From Stegostoma tigrinum (Eukaryota): a stretch of DNA of 64,000 nucleotides. Below the pieces are notes generated by a model. The model saw nothing but the letters and a program-made list of their open reading frames with translations. It was not told the origin of the DNA and did no database searches. Positions 12,615 to 25,510 of this stretch are shown one piece after another. The stretch is taken from assembly GCF_030684315.1 (NCBI RefSeq), contig NC_081395.1, forward strand, positions 14,149,542-14,213,541. Reading direction: 5' to 3'. The position numbers and the translations under genes were made by a program. The number at the start of each line of letters is the position of its first letter. Positions within the stretch are counted from its first letter, which is position 1.

Positions 12615-13248
12615 GTAAGAAACATGTTTTATTCGTGTTATGCTTGATTTGTGACATTATTTCATTTTTCTGTTTTTTTTTGCACAATTACTGTGCGAAC
12701 TAAACAGTTCAGTTGGTTGATGCTATGCTTACAACATTGATTTTGCGGCGCTGCAAAGTGATACCACCATTTTACTGCATCTCTAAATTTGAAGAAAATA
12801 GTTATGGAGATATTGAGAGTCTGGCTGAGTGATTTGCCACTTATTTGCTGTTGAAACATTCTACCTGGCTTACTTCACACATTTGAATTTTGATAGCAGT
12901 TCGGCGTTTCTGACAAGTTTCTAAACTTGGAAACGTCTGATTGTTGCAAAGTCATAACATAAGTTTAACAACGTTGAAACTAAATTTTGGAATTATATCT
13001 AAATGCTTTCAAGGTCTAAAAATTAATACAGAGATGTTAAATTTTTTGCGAATTAAATTGCAAGATATTAATACGAGTTTGATGAGTATTGATTTTAATA
13101 AAGGAAACACTGCTCTAAATAAGCAAAACGTGTTTAACAAATTTCCTGCCATGGTCAGATTTAAATTATTGCAAATATTTCAATAGAATATCGTCTCCCA
13201 ACATTACTGAAATATGTTATTGATTAAGAATCAACATGTTATATATAA

Positions 13249-13320
13249 GAGTGTGGAGCTGGATGAACACAGCAGGCCAAGCAGCATCTCGGGAGCACAA
13301 AAGCTGACGTTTCGGGAATA
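13249..13320 (-). mobile_element. Tiny Penelope-terminus insertion in the J-C intron
   Basis: gtgtggagctggatgaacac...ctgacgtttcggg flanked by TGTTATATATAA at 13237 and 13325. Confidence 0.75.
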
Positions 13321-14513
13321 TCACTGTTATATATAATGTATTTCAATTCAATTGCCCTGCATTTGTCTATATTTGTCTATTTTGAAAATAATAATAATGT
13401 GTTAAGTGGCAGTCAATACCGACGCAATGCACTGCATTTTATTTGAAATATTGTATATTGTTTCTGCTGAAAGGATTTGGAGAATTACACAGTTGTGGGA
13501 TGCATTCCTTTGATGTTGCACATTTTTGCTTATACGTTGAAGGGAATATCTACAGATGATACACTGAATAGCTAAAATAGGTGATGCTCTTTGTTGATTC
13601 TATAATGCTTATTGTTATTCGCTAAAATTAACTATTTTGGGTGATTGAAGCAGATAGAAGCAAGGTTACAGTAAATAACTAGTTGTTATTCACACGTATA
13701 GATATGCGATGCAAACTTTTGGTGACCGTGCGTTAACATATATTTTATAACATTCTCATACTTACATGAAATGTTGAAGTAAGATGAAAACACACAATCA
13801 ATGAACTTAAACCATCAAAGTTGACGGACAAGTAGGGAAATGGGGAGGGGACTAAATCAAAATAGAGTTGGATGGGTCGGTAAAGTACTCTATCTCTATG
13901 GTTCCACCTTTCTCTAGAGGTTTTGAGAGCATTGGTCGACACAGCCTGCTCCACTTCCAGGGGCACTTAGGCAGAAACCCAACCACAGATGTTGGACAGA
14001 CAGTCGGCAGCTATGACACGCTGCTCTGGATTTGTTAATAGCCAACTTGTCCAAAGCCAGGTGCAGACGCGCTGGGAGGTCCTGTGGCTGGCCCTCACCA
14101 CTCCGAATGCACAAATGTCAGGAGCATGGGGCTGAAATACAAACATAAGCCAAACAAAGTCATTTAAAAGAGAGTGCAATGACCAGCAAGGAAACTTTAT
14201 GAAACATGGATATAAATAATTCAGTTTCACACAAAGACATAATAACGTGAGAAGAAGACAACAACAAACTTCAGAGGCTAGAGCAATTTCCATTTGATAA
14301 AAATGAAATACTCAATAATCAGTGATGGTCATCTAATCCCTGTGAGCAATATTTAGCTTTTGTTAGAATCACTGCTCTACTTACTCTTAATGTTGCCATT
14401 TTGAAGATTACGTAAAAGACTTGCGATCTCTCAGCTTTATACTGATGCCACTGATTGCACTGCTGCGTTTAGTTTAACAAGGAATTTAAAAAACAATTGT
14501 CTTCTCCCACCTA

Positions 14514-14668
14514 ATGCAAATAATTGACAGACAAATAGTTATCAATGGAGTTCGTGTGGTAAATGCATTTAACCAATTTAATATCCCCTTGGGTGAACAT
14601 CTGCAGTGCAGCCAGTCCTCCCTGTTCCTTCAATATTACCTACCGTTAAAGAAACAGGAGACTTCCTC
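14514..14668. promoter_or_regulatory. Candidate IgH intronic enhancer motif cluster
   Basis: Octamer ATGCAAAT at 14514, RUNX core TGTGGT at 14555, E-box CATCTG at 14598, PU.1 ACTTCCTC at 14661. Confidence 0.4.
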
Positions 14669-17600
14669 TAAACCGACCTTAATAATGTGCTGCGCTTTGA
14701 AGTTGTTCACAAACAAACATTTGTACGCATTATTCCCCTTGTATTCAGTGAAAGTGGGACTCCATCAGGGTGTATATGGGTAAATGGTTAATTTTTATTA
14801 GAGCAGGTTAGTTTAATTGTAAATAACATTTTGAAACTGAAGAGCTGTCGCGCTCTAAGTTATTTTGAGTGGGTCTGACCAGGTACCTCTAAGGTGCAGG
14901 TCGTGCTAAAAACCAGCGTGGCAGATAATACGAATATTTTTCTGTCACTCAATTTTGTATTGATCATCCTGGATTTTACTTCCAATAAATGGCAGAATAT
15001 ATTTACTATTTAATATACATGCATTGCATAATTGTTGGAGTGATTTATAAAGGTTTGTCAGGATTGCTAAATCCCAAATATTCAATTAACGAACAGAAAC
15101 GAAGCCAATAATACTTATTCAAGTAGATATTCACGTTCATTCCACTGTTATGCCTTCAGATACTATTTAAAATGTAGTGTCTCGCTTTCGTGCACATCTT
15201 ATCTGGCTATCCATTATTCATTGCTGAGCTGAGTAATCACATAGTGTTCACACAAGGTAAAATTGCCCACGCTCAGTGACAACAGTTTTGAGGCTAGATG
15301 CTCTTTACGTCGTTTCAACATAGTCAGAAACAAGAAGAATTTACTGGTCAGTTAGTAGCGAGCAGCACAATGCTTATTGAGGAACTTGAATACTAAAAAT
15401 GCGTATATTAAAAGAAAATACTTGGTCTCCACAAACTTGCATGATATTTAGTATTTTATTTACGATATATCTTAATATCGTTTCTTTAGAAAATGTCATT
15501 TCCGAAAAGACAAGTCGTAAACACGTTACAATTAAGTCATTTGGCATAAAAGAACAAATGAGCAGCAGTAGAGAACTAGATTGTAATGACGGAGTGCACT
15601 AAAAACAATGATCACTCACGTGTGCATTGCATCGTATAGAGAATTACAGAATACAAAATCTTTTGGTTGAAGAGAATGTTTAATTGCTGTCAATTAATTC
15701 AGAAAGCCCTTTTTTGCTCAGCTCCCTTTGACTTGATAAGATGGCACTACAAGTTTTAACCTGTTATCTTCGTGATTAACCTCGACATTTTTTCTTGCTA
15801 GTATTTAATTCCGAGATTATTTCAAATCAGTGAATAGTCAATGTTCAATGTATTACGTATTACTTTTAACCATGTTACTGAATGCCTGTTACAGCAACAT
15901 AATTGCTATTTATGTAAGTTATTTTGATGTAGCTGTTATCAGGAAATTAAATGTTACATAGAATTGAAGATTTATATTTGACGGGGAGAAATGACAGCCA
16001 ATCAGGGAAATCGGTCAAGTTAGTAGGAGCTTGAGAGTAATGTTGAAACGAATTGCATTGTCTGAAATTGCCGAAAGATTCAATCAACCTAAAACGTTTC
16101 AGGAAATAAGCAGATATTAGACATATATCAGTTCAGTGAATGATTGCTGCATCAATTTTGCCTGGTCTGATTCTGTAAGATATGTAAGAATCAGAAATCC
16201 ATCTGAGTGGTTACGAACCGACTAATTCCCCTAATGAAGTTCGAGATAGACGGATTTATTTCAGAAGCTTGTATCTGTAAGGAAAGTGCTAATTCAGCTT
16301 GAAGTTTGAAATGGTGTCTCAGAAAAGAGACGTAACCCAGTTTGAGGCATAGGGAAGCAATATTTCAGTACAAAATAAGTGGAGAAAAATCGTTAATCTT
16401 TTCAGTGTTGATATGCCTGGCGTGTGGAAGTTTGATGTTCGATAATACAGCAGGTTTTCAGACACGGTAGGGCATCAAGTCAGCTTCAGAATTCAACCTA
16501 GCTGGCTTTTTTAAAGATTACTTCGCTTATCGAGACGATGCAGAGAGATCTTTGGATTAACTTGTCAATGATAAGTCAGGCCTGAATGATTTTTCATTGC
16601 CTGTGGGAAAGGGAAACTTTTCTTTATCGGACTAACGAACATCTAGTATTGGAACTGTACAGTTCTGAGGAAGTGTCGCCGGATCCGAAACCTTAGCCCT
16701 GATTTCTTCTTCACAGGTGCTGCCAGACCTGCTGAGTTTTTCCAGCAACTTCTGCTTTTATTCCTGATTTACAGCATCCACAGTTCTTTTGGTTTTTATT
16801 TCGCGTTTGACCTAGATGAAGTAAGCATAAATTGCTCTATTATTCAAATCAAACAGATTTAGTTCACATTTGTGACCAAACAGAAGAGAACAATAATTTC
16901 CGCTGTTATTGGTTAAATGACAATGGTGAAACATATTCTATTTCAAATTTTAAAAAAAAGACAAAATTGTTTTGATCAATATCTCTCCTTCCAAATAATT
17001 TCACCAAGTCGGTATAAAGCTATAGACATTAGTATGGGTTGTGATGGGATTGAAGCTGGATCGTATTTTGTGGCTGAATTGGTCAATTATGTTGCTTCAA
17101 TTTCTATCTAATGCAAACCGTAATTTGAATAATTGATGGCAGATTATAGGAAAAATTCATCTCCATCAATATGAAAAGTACATCTTTTATTACAATTAGA
17201 GTTATTAACAAATGAGAAGAGAAAGACGGTTTAACATTATCAGTAACTCACCTTCATAAATTAAATAGTTCAGATAAAGATGCTTTTTAAAATTTAATCT
17301 AACCATATGCATGAGAATTAGAATAATTTAATGGCTAAGTCTACAGAGTGCTTCTGTTTCTTTTTTTCTTCTATTTATCTATCGATCGATCGAGAAAATG
17401 TCTAAGAATGATTTTTTTTATTTTTCCCAACGGACCATACTTTTGGCTTTCAATGAGACCTATTTCATTCTTGTGCACGAATTATATTTTTTTTATAAAA
17501 AATTGTAGTAATACATCTGGTTTTTGGTGCACTAGCGAAAAAATAGTAATTACATAATAGTCTCAATAATTATTAATCTTTCAACAAAATTATAAGCAGA

Positions 17601-19269
17601 TGGCAGAAGGAAGGGAATAATTGCTTTAGAGAACTGAAGATTTAAATCGGTATCAGACAAAATACATAGGTGAGCAACAAAAATAAATCAAAATAACTTC
17701 TCAAGCTTCCACACACAAACAAAATCCTTAAATATACTTTCAGTGCACTTGATTCGTCACAACGATTCGTTTCCATTGTTTACACTGTACATGTCTGGAA
17801 GATCTAAAGCAAAACGGTACTTTTAAAAAAATGCTGTCTCAGAATTCAAACTCATTATTATTAAACAGTTGACAAGCAGTTCATCATCATTAAGTTCACT
17901 ACAAATAATAGGGCCAAGATTTTACAGGTTTCGTTCTGTGTTTTTGCATTCATTTTCAAGTCCTGCCCTATTCTTTCCAAATATTTGTTTTTCTCTGCCA
18001 GCTTCAAACCTACTTTCTTTCGTTTGTACTATCCATCCAATGCACCCTCACAAATCCAAATTCAAACACCCTCTGTGCATTTTGGACTACCAAAGCAAAC
18101 TTCAGAGCTCATGTTCACGTTGCATTCCCCTCTCTCCATATGCAACTTCCCTCTCACTTGCTTTGCTGCCTCGTTTTCTTCAACAGTATTTTCAGCCTTC
18201 ATAATACCAGTTAATTCCTGGGATCTCCTACTCCCTGCACGCTGTTGCAGCTCTGTATTCCTGCCGCGCCCTCTTCTTCTCCCTACATTCCTAATCTTGT
18301 TTACATTTAGTTGAAACTTGCATTTTCAACTTCAGTTCTGTACAGCCATTGTCTACTGTCTACCAACACTCCCTTATAGTCTTTATTGCTGCCAAAACTT
18401 GGTAGCCGTTTTCGTTCCATTATATTGCTGTCTCCGTTCCTCAAATTCTATCGGCTCCTCTTTCTAGTTGCCTCCTCGCCCGCGTCCTTGCAGCCTTCTC
18501 CTACACATCGCCACTCCATACAAGCACAGACAAATTTTAAAATCTATTAACTTTCTCAAAGCTACTGCATCTAAATTCTTTCTTATGTTCTTTCAATCGC
18601 TGACTGTTTCTTTCCCGCATTTGCTGTGTGCTTGTTCCCACATCAGCAGCAAATGTGATAACGTATCAGCCAATGATTGAAGGAACGTTGCCCGTAGAGT
18701 TTGTTTCTCTCACCTACAAGAATGATGTTTGCCTGCTTGGCATCCCATTGAGTGAATTTTCCATTCCTTCTAGCGGTGTTTTGAATCACTGTGTCTGCCT
18801 CTGCACCCATTGGCTTGTCCATCAAGGTATACCGAAATTCCAGATGATTATATACTCACTTTGGTTAGTTCTTAAATAGTTCAGCTTCTTACCTTATTCT
18901 ATTGTGGAATGTTAGCGTCACTGACAAGGCCGACGTTTGTTGCCACCCATAACTGGAATTGAGAACTTTGCTCAGATATTTCAGAGGACAGTGAAAAGAG
19001 TTGAACACATTGCTGTGGTCTGGAGTCACTGTACCAGATGAGGTAAGCATGACACATTTCCTTTCCACTGATTGATGGATCGTGTGTAGAATTAACCTTC
19101 TGAGAAAGTGGTGGATTACAACAATTACAACCTTTTAAAGATATTTGGAAAGATACATGAATAGGGGATGTTTCGTGGAATATGGGCAAGGAGCAGGCAA
19201 GGGAGACTAGTTTAGGTCAGGATTATGTTTTCCATGGACTGGTTGGACCGAAGATATGACTCTATGACT

Positions 19270-20150
19270 CTTTGACTTACTCTCCATCATCAAATTAGAA
19301 ATGGAGATTTTTGCCAATGATCACACTAAAATTCAGCAGCAGTTGTGACTCCTCAGATACTGAAGCCATCCATTCCTAGCTGCAGCAAGACCTGGGTAAT
19401 ATCCAGGCTTGGACTGAGATGTGGTAAATAACATTTGCACTACACAAATTCCTGACATTTATCATATCTAACAAAAGACAAACTGACCATCTCCATTTGC
19501 ATTCGAATAGGAATTGCTGAATACCCTCGCTGTCAACACCCTCTAGATTATAATTGAGCAGAAAATTAATTGAAATTGCCATATAAATACTGCAGCTACA
19601 TGATTGGGTCGGAGGGTCAGAATCTTGCAGCGAGTAATTCCCCTTCTGACTGCCAAATACCTGCAAGGCACAAATGAGGAGTGTGACAGAGTACACACTA
19701 CAAGCCTAGATAAGTGCAGCTCCAATAAGTCACAACTGACGATACCATCCAGGAGAAAACAACTCACTTGGCTGGCACAACATCCACAGCATCTATTCTG
19801 TCCACGATCAACACTCGGTGGTAGCAGCGCCGCTGACATTCGGTAGAAGACCTTAAACGGCACCTTCCAATCTCTGTACCTCGTCCATCTCGACAGAATA
19901 TGGCAGTAGGCACACTGGCACATGCACATTCCCCGCAAGTCATCCACCATAGTGAATTGGAAATATTGAGCCATTCCTTCATTGTTGTCAGGTGAAAATC
20001 TTGGAATTCCGTTCCTAACGGTATTGTAGATCTTCCAACATCACAAAGACAACATCTGTTATGAAGGAAGCTCACCACCGCGTTCTCGTGGGCAATTAAA
20101 GACAGACAATACTTGCTGGTCCATCCAGCGACGCTCATATCCACGAGAGA
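19270..20150 (+). mobile_element. L2/CR1-superfamily LINE 3' part in the J-C intron
   Basis: FANDHT, LQQDLGNIQAW and INTAAT..GRRVRILQRV RT C-terminal remnants; the 3' tail is shared with the SINE at 9830. Confidence 0.7.
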
Positions 20151-20699
20151 AAGAAGACTGTTAAAATAACAACTTAAATATGAGTGGAGAGGAAGTAAGG
20201 CTGATGAGTGATAAGGTGAAATGGTTTGGGAATGAGTGAAGTTTTCTTTAAAGTAGTAATGAAATAGAAAAAAAAATCAGAATACAATCATACACCATTT
20301 GTTTCCGATAAATGGGCTTTTTTTTGTCAGAAAGCCTATTTCACGTATGTATCTTAAATAGTGTAAAAGTTTTGCTTACACAATGCATCTTTTGTCAGTT
20401 CAATTTTCACTCATAAACATAGCTCGTTTAAATTAGATTACAAATATTCAAATTTCAACCTGTTTGCTTATTCAGGTCAAACTCCTGGAATTCCCTCCTT
20501 ACTGACATTATTTGACTGTCTACAGCACATGAACAGAAAATGTTCAAGAAAGCAGCTCGCCACCACATTGTCAAGGGCAGATAGGGACGGGCAATAAATG
20601 TTTGCGCAGCCATTTATGCCCACATCCCCCAAGTGAATAAAATAAACGTTAAGCACTAGTTGAAACATATAACTTGTTCTATTGTCCTTTCTTTATCAG

Positions 20700-20999
20700 T
20701 GATACCATCAGTCCCCACACTGTATGGGTTGATCTCCTCCTGTGAACAATCAAACTCATCCAAGTCTGTGACTTATGGCTGTCTGGTGATGGACTACTCC
20801 CCCGAAATCACCAGCCTTACTTGGAAGAAGGAGCAAGATCAAATTGACAGTGGACTGAAGACTTACCCATCAGTGCTGAATAAGGAGGCAACGCATACCC
20901 TAAGTAGTCAGTTAACGATCTCTGAATCAGAAGAGGGAAGCAGCAGAATCTACTGTGAGATCCAACAAAGCGAGAAAGTCTGGCGAGAAGAAATGCCAG
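20700..20999 (+). CDS. IGHM: mu-type constant exon CH1 (intact)
   Basis: tatcAG acceptor; [15 protein letters not shown]...[16 protein letters not shown]...[10 protein letters not shown]...IYCE typical of shark Cmu1; G|GTTAGT donor. Confidence 0.92.
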
Positions 21000-21439
21000 G
21001 TTAGTGGTCTGGGTTAAACAGGACAGTAGTTGCAAGGTGTCAAAAAGTGTATTACACGTATAAGTTATGTTCCTGTTCTGGAGTCTGTCGTTTAGAATAG
21101 ATTAAAGTATGATGCATTGCTCAAGTAAACATCTCACACTTAGTTTACTGCTGATGTTTGTCATCTCCATATCACACTTTCTCCATTCTGTGTAGTTCCA
21201 CTTCATATTTGGCATACTATTTACAGCTCTGCACTCCACAATGCACTTTAGCATATTACGAACAAGTCTGCACTCCACAAATCACTTAGTGCACTGTGAC
21301 AAGTTTTACATTTATGTCAAACCTAGAGTATTGTTTTGAGTCCGCCTTTGTGGATTGTTCTGTGAAGCTGGAGAGGAATGAGCCCACCTACAAGAATAAT
21401 GCTACACTCGATTAGTTATTATTGTCAGGAAATTTCGAA

Positions 21440-22087
21440 AAAGCAGGGGTCATTTTCTCACAAAATAACACGTGGGATGCGACTAATTGCAGCAGTTCAG
21501 ACTTAATTAGCAGACAGTTAGATGAGACAAATACACTTAGCAATTCAGAAGAACACTATTCCATAAACCATGTCGATGGAGGGGGTGCAGAGAAGGCTCA
21601 CTGGGTTAATTTCGATGTTGAAAGTGTTGGCTTGCGAGGACCGATTAAGTCGACTGGGGTTATACTCTTTTGAATTTAGAAGAATCAGGGGACAACCTAC
21701 AGAAACATATGCAATTATGAAGAGAGTGAAGAAGATAGAAGCAGGGAAGTTGCTTTCACTAGTGGGTGAAACTAGATCTGGGGGGGGGGTGTAGCCTCAA
21801 AATAACAGGGAGCAGAGTTAGGACTGAACTGCGGTAGAATTTACTCACCCAGATAATCATGAACTTGTGGAATTATCTGTCCAGTGAAGTAGTTAAGGCT
21901 ACCTCGCTGATTTTTTAAAGTCAAATATAGATACATTTTTGAACGGTAAAGGAATTAAGAATTATGGTGAACGTGCGGGAAGTTGAGCTGAGTCCAAGAA
22001 AAAGATCTGCCATTATCTTATTGAATGGCGGAGGCAAACTCGACGGGCCAGATAGCCTACTCTTGCTCCTGTTTCTTACGTTCTTAC
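21440..22087 (+). mobile_element. CR1 LINE 3' fragment in the CH1-CH2 intron
   Basis: EGVQRRLT...EDRLSRLGLYSFEFRRIRG; (ttcttacg)2 tail. Confidence 0.82.
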
Positions 22088-22351
22088 GAGGAGAATGTGG
22101 AACACGCCACATTGTATACCTGCCTCCAGGGAAAACTGAATAGGTCCACTGGGTAGAGCCGAAACGGCATTCTTTTGATGCAGCACGAGCAGGTAACGCC
22201 ACAGGATTTTTGTAAGGGGGTTTGAACGCTGACATTCAACTGTTGATTTCAATGGCCTGCTTATCTCATTTGTTTTGTAAAAAGACAGACAGCTTTTACT
22301 TGGTTGATTCGCAACAAAGTTTAATTTCCTACCTTATGTATTTTCTTGAAG

Positions 22352-22663
22352 ATCCCGTTATCCATCATCCAACTATTACTGTCACCGCGAGTCCTAGTCA
22401 GGAAGTCATGAGCAGCAGATTTGCAACTGTCGTCTATTCAATCGTTGATTTCCGTCCAACCTCAATCGCTGTAAATTGGCTGAAGAATGGACAAGTCATC
22501 CCTTCGGGATTTGTCACTTCCCCAACCTTTGAAGTGAACGGCAACTTTTCAGCCACCAGTCGTCTCACAATCACTGCCAGGGAGTGGTTCGACAATGCGG
22601 TCTTTTCCTGCCAGGTTACTCAACGACGGTTCACCCAAATTCAGAACATCACCAGATCTTCCG
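22352..22663 (+). CDS. IGHM: mu-type constant exon CH2 (open frame, first canonical Cys replaced by Tyr)
   Basis: gaAG acceptor; [12 protein letters not shown]...WLKNGQ...[21 protein letters not shown]...CQV; G|GTAAG donor. Confidence 0.9.
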
Positions 22664-24267
22664 GTAAGAAAATCAACACCCAATATTGGGAGTCCATTCT
22701 GGCACCAATCTCAAAGTCGCGAGCTCCATTGGAACTGATATAATCTATATTGTTTAGTAATCTCACAATCTTCCAAAGTAAAAGGAAGACTTTCCTTTTT
22801 AGAACGTCAGAATGTCCCAAGATATTTAACAGCCAATCTTTTCTATTCGATCATTGCCGCAATGTAAGATATTCGACAGCCATTTGCTGCTGAGTAATAT
22901 GATGTCATGCTGAGTCGATTTTTTTCCCATTAGCTTCATCTGCAGGTTAAGGGATAACTGTCGACCAAGAACGAGACTCGCTGCTGAGTTTATTTTTCGA
23001 ATAATTTCTGGTCTATAACAAAAACAGAAGCTAGTTCCCTTGGAACTAACGACGCGGAAGGCTTTGAAAGCAAATTAAGAGGACTTGCGGTCCTTGGTTT
23101 AGCATTTTCTGCAAAGTCTGCATCTCGATGACTTCAGTATTCGCTCATGTGACGTTGCTGGTGTCAACTTAAATTTGTGCTAAATTCTTTTGAATTAACA
23201 TTGATCGCACAATCTTTCTGAATGAGAATTACGCAGACTTCGGGATTCCGTGCACTAAGAACACAATGTGAGCATTCCATGAAATGTTGGATAGTGGCTG
23301 AGGATAATTTTGTTTCATTTTTATCTTACAATGAATGATGCCGTTTTGAATTGGTAATTCAGGTCGGCCATCAAGTGCAGCTAATTGTTCAAAACCTACT
23401 TCAAGCAAAAAAAAGTCTCTATTTCTGTAACGACATTCTCTTTGAACATTGTCAATGACAGACTGAAAAGTCGAGGTTTTATTCCTTCGAGAGTAAAACT
23501 AACAGATTATCTCATTAAGGTGATTAATTTGTTAATGGAGTTTAAAAATGAGTTCAAAACATTACGGTGCAATTTCACAACTAAAATTTGAAACCTTAAA
23601 GACAGCAACTATATTTTGCGGTACATTTAACGAAGATTTCTTCACACAACGGCTTTGGAATATTCAAATGTTCACCAAATACCCTGCCCCTCCTCTCACG
23701 CACACTAACTATTGAGCTTGGTGTTTAAGTAATATTTGTTTTAGAAATTAAAGGTAGTAGTGTTTATTTCTTCAGGGAATAGCATCAGAGATTACACAGC
23801 GCACGTAAGTAATTTGAATTCAGAAACAGATCATACGATATCTCATTGATTTGCAGAACAGTAGTCGGGGCATATTTTTGTTCTGTTCCTATATCCCTCG
23901 AACTACGCCTATGATATATTTCCTTCCGTGAACACGATGAACACTCACTTTGGACACACATTGGAATACTTCACGTCAGCATTACAAACATTACTTGGAC
24001 TGACTGATTAACCTGGGGATGTTTTAATTCCTGGTAAGAACGTTGAGAGGAGAATAGAGAAGGGGTCATAAATCGTGGCAGGTCGGGCAAAACAGTGCTG
24101 ACATTTTCAGGAGAGGTGGCAACCAGAGACTGTTCACTTGTCGTGAATGGGAAACGAATCAAAAACAAGGAGTTCATTATCATAAAGTTATTTATACTTC
24201 ATGAGAATAACATTTGAATACTGAAGTTCTGATACTGAAGCTGCTGGTTCTCGGTTCTATTTCACAG

Positions 24268-24575
24268 AGGATTCCACGTGCAGCGATCCTAAAATCACTT
24301 TATTGCCACCGCCAATCGACCAAGTCTTACTGGACTACACGGTAACATTAACTTGCATCGTGTCTAACGTTGCTTACGAAGTTAACGTGTCTTGGACCCA
24401 AGGAACGAAGCCTTTGAAATCAGGATGTCTAATCAACAGGGAGAGGATCAACACAGTGTGATCAGCAAAATAGATATCCCTACACAAGCTTGGCAGAGTG
24501 GGGCTACATTCTTCTGCGTGGCAAGCGATCAGAATCTGCTGACCCCTGTAAGAGGTTCTATCAGCAAAATAAAAA
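24268..24575 (+). pseudogene. IGHM: mu-type constant exon CH3 with a -1 frameshift near 24423
   Basis: [15 protein letters not shown]...TLTCIVSN...[12 protein letters not shown], then the domain continues in another frame (MSNQQGED...[11 protein letters not shown]); the unshifted frame stops at TGA 24459-24461; exon is 308 nt. Confidence 0.88.
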
Positions 24576-25083
24576 GTGGGATTGTAGTAATCTGACACTC
24601 ATTTTGCCTACATTCTACATCGCCGGTAAGTCACTGGATACCTCAAAGTACCATAATGAAGAACAGAACTGACACAATTTCTGATGACAGTAACTGACCA
24701 CGCGGCGATCGAAGGGGATTTAAAGGAAGTTAGATGTGATTATGAGGCAGAAAAAGCATTGCAGCGTCTGCTATTTGGGTAAAATGAAGTACTGTGGCAA
24801 ACGGCTGATGTGATAAATTAATATCGTTGCAGGACAGTTGAGTTGCACCCTACGTTAGAATGCTACAAACTCCATATATTCTTCCAGTTCCTCTCGATTT
24901 TCTTCCTTTAGTTCCTTCAGAATGTAATTATATCCGCCTCGCCTGGGTAAAAGTCCAATCATTGAGGGGAAATGGAAAGCTCTCAAAAACGTTTGTTGCA
25001 AAGCGCATTTCTTTCATAACTGAAAGTTAGTTTCATTGTCTCTGGAATGCTCCAGTCTGATGATACTTGTCAATTTTCTGCAG

Positions 25084-25476
25084 ATAATCATCCCCGAGTG
25101 TCTTCCGTATCTGCCCTCTTGCCCTTGGCAGAAAAACCCTCTTCTCAGGAGTTCGTCTTGCTCACCTGCTTAGTGAGAGGTTTCTCCCCCCCGAGAGACC
25201 TTTGTTAAGTGGACCGTCAATGACAAACCGGTGAATCCTGGTAACTACAGGAACACCGAGGCGATAGCGGAGAGTGACAATACTTCCTACTTTATGTACA
25301 GCCTGTTATCCATCAGAGCGGTGGAATGGGCCAGCGGTACCTCTTACTCTTGTATGGTGGGACATGAGGCGATTCCCCTGAAATTCATCAACAGAACTGT
25401 CGATAAATCTAGTGGTAAACCGAGTTTTGTGAACGTTTCCCTGATACTGATGGACACTGTTAATTCGTGTCAATGA
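25084..25476 (+). pseudogene. IGHM: mu-type constant exon CH4 plus secretory tailpiece, with a +1 frameshift in a C7 run (25186-25192)
   Basis: [10 protein letters not shown], shift, then [16 protein letters not shown]...[11 protein letters not shown]...[24 protein letters not shown]; internal G|GTAAAC donor for the membrane form at 25415; penultimate Cys retained. Confidence 0.9.
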
Positions 25477-25504
25477 GCATCGGTCGATTGCATTTCACTT
25501 CTTT

Positions 25505-25510
25505 AATAAA
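25505..25510 (+). terminator. polyA signal of the secretory form
   Basis: AATAAA about 30 nt after the secretory stop. Confidence 0.75.
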
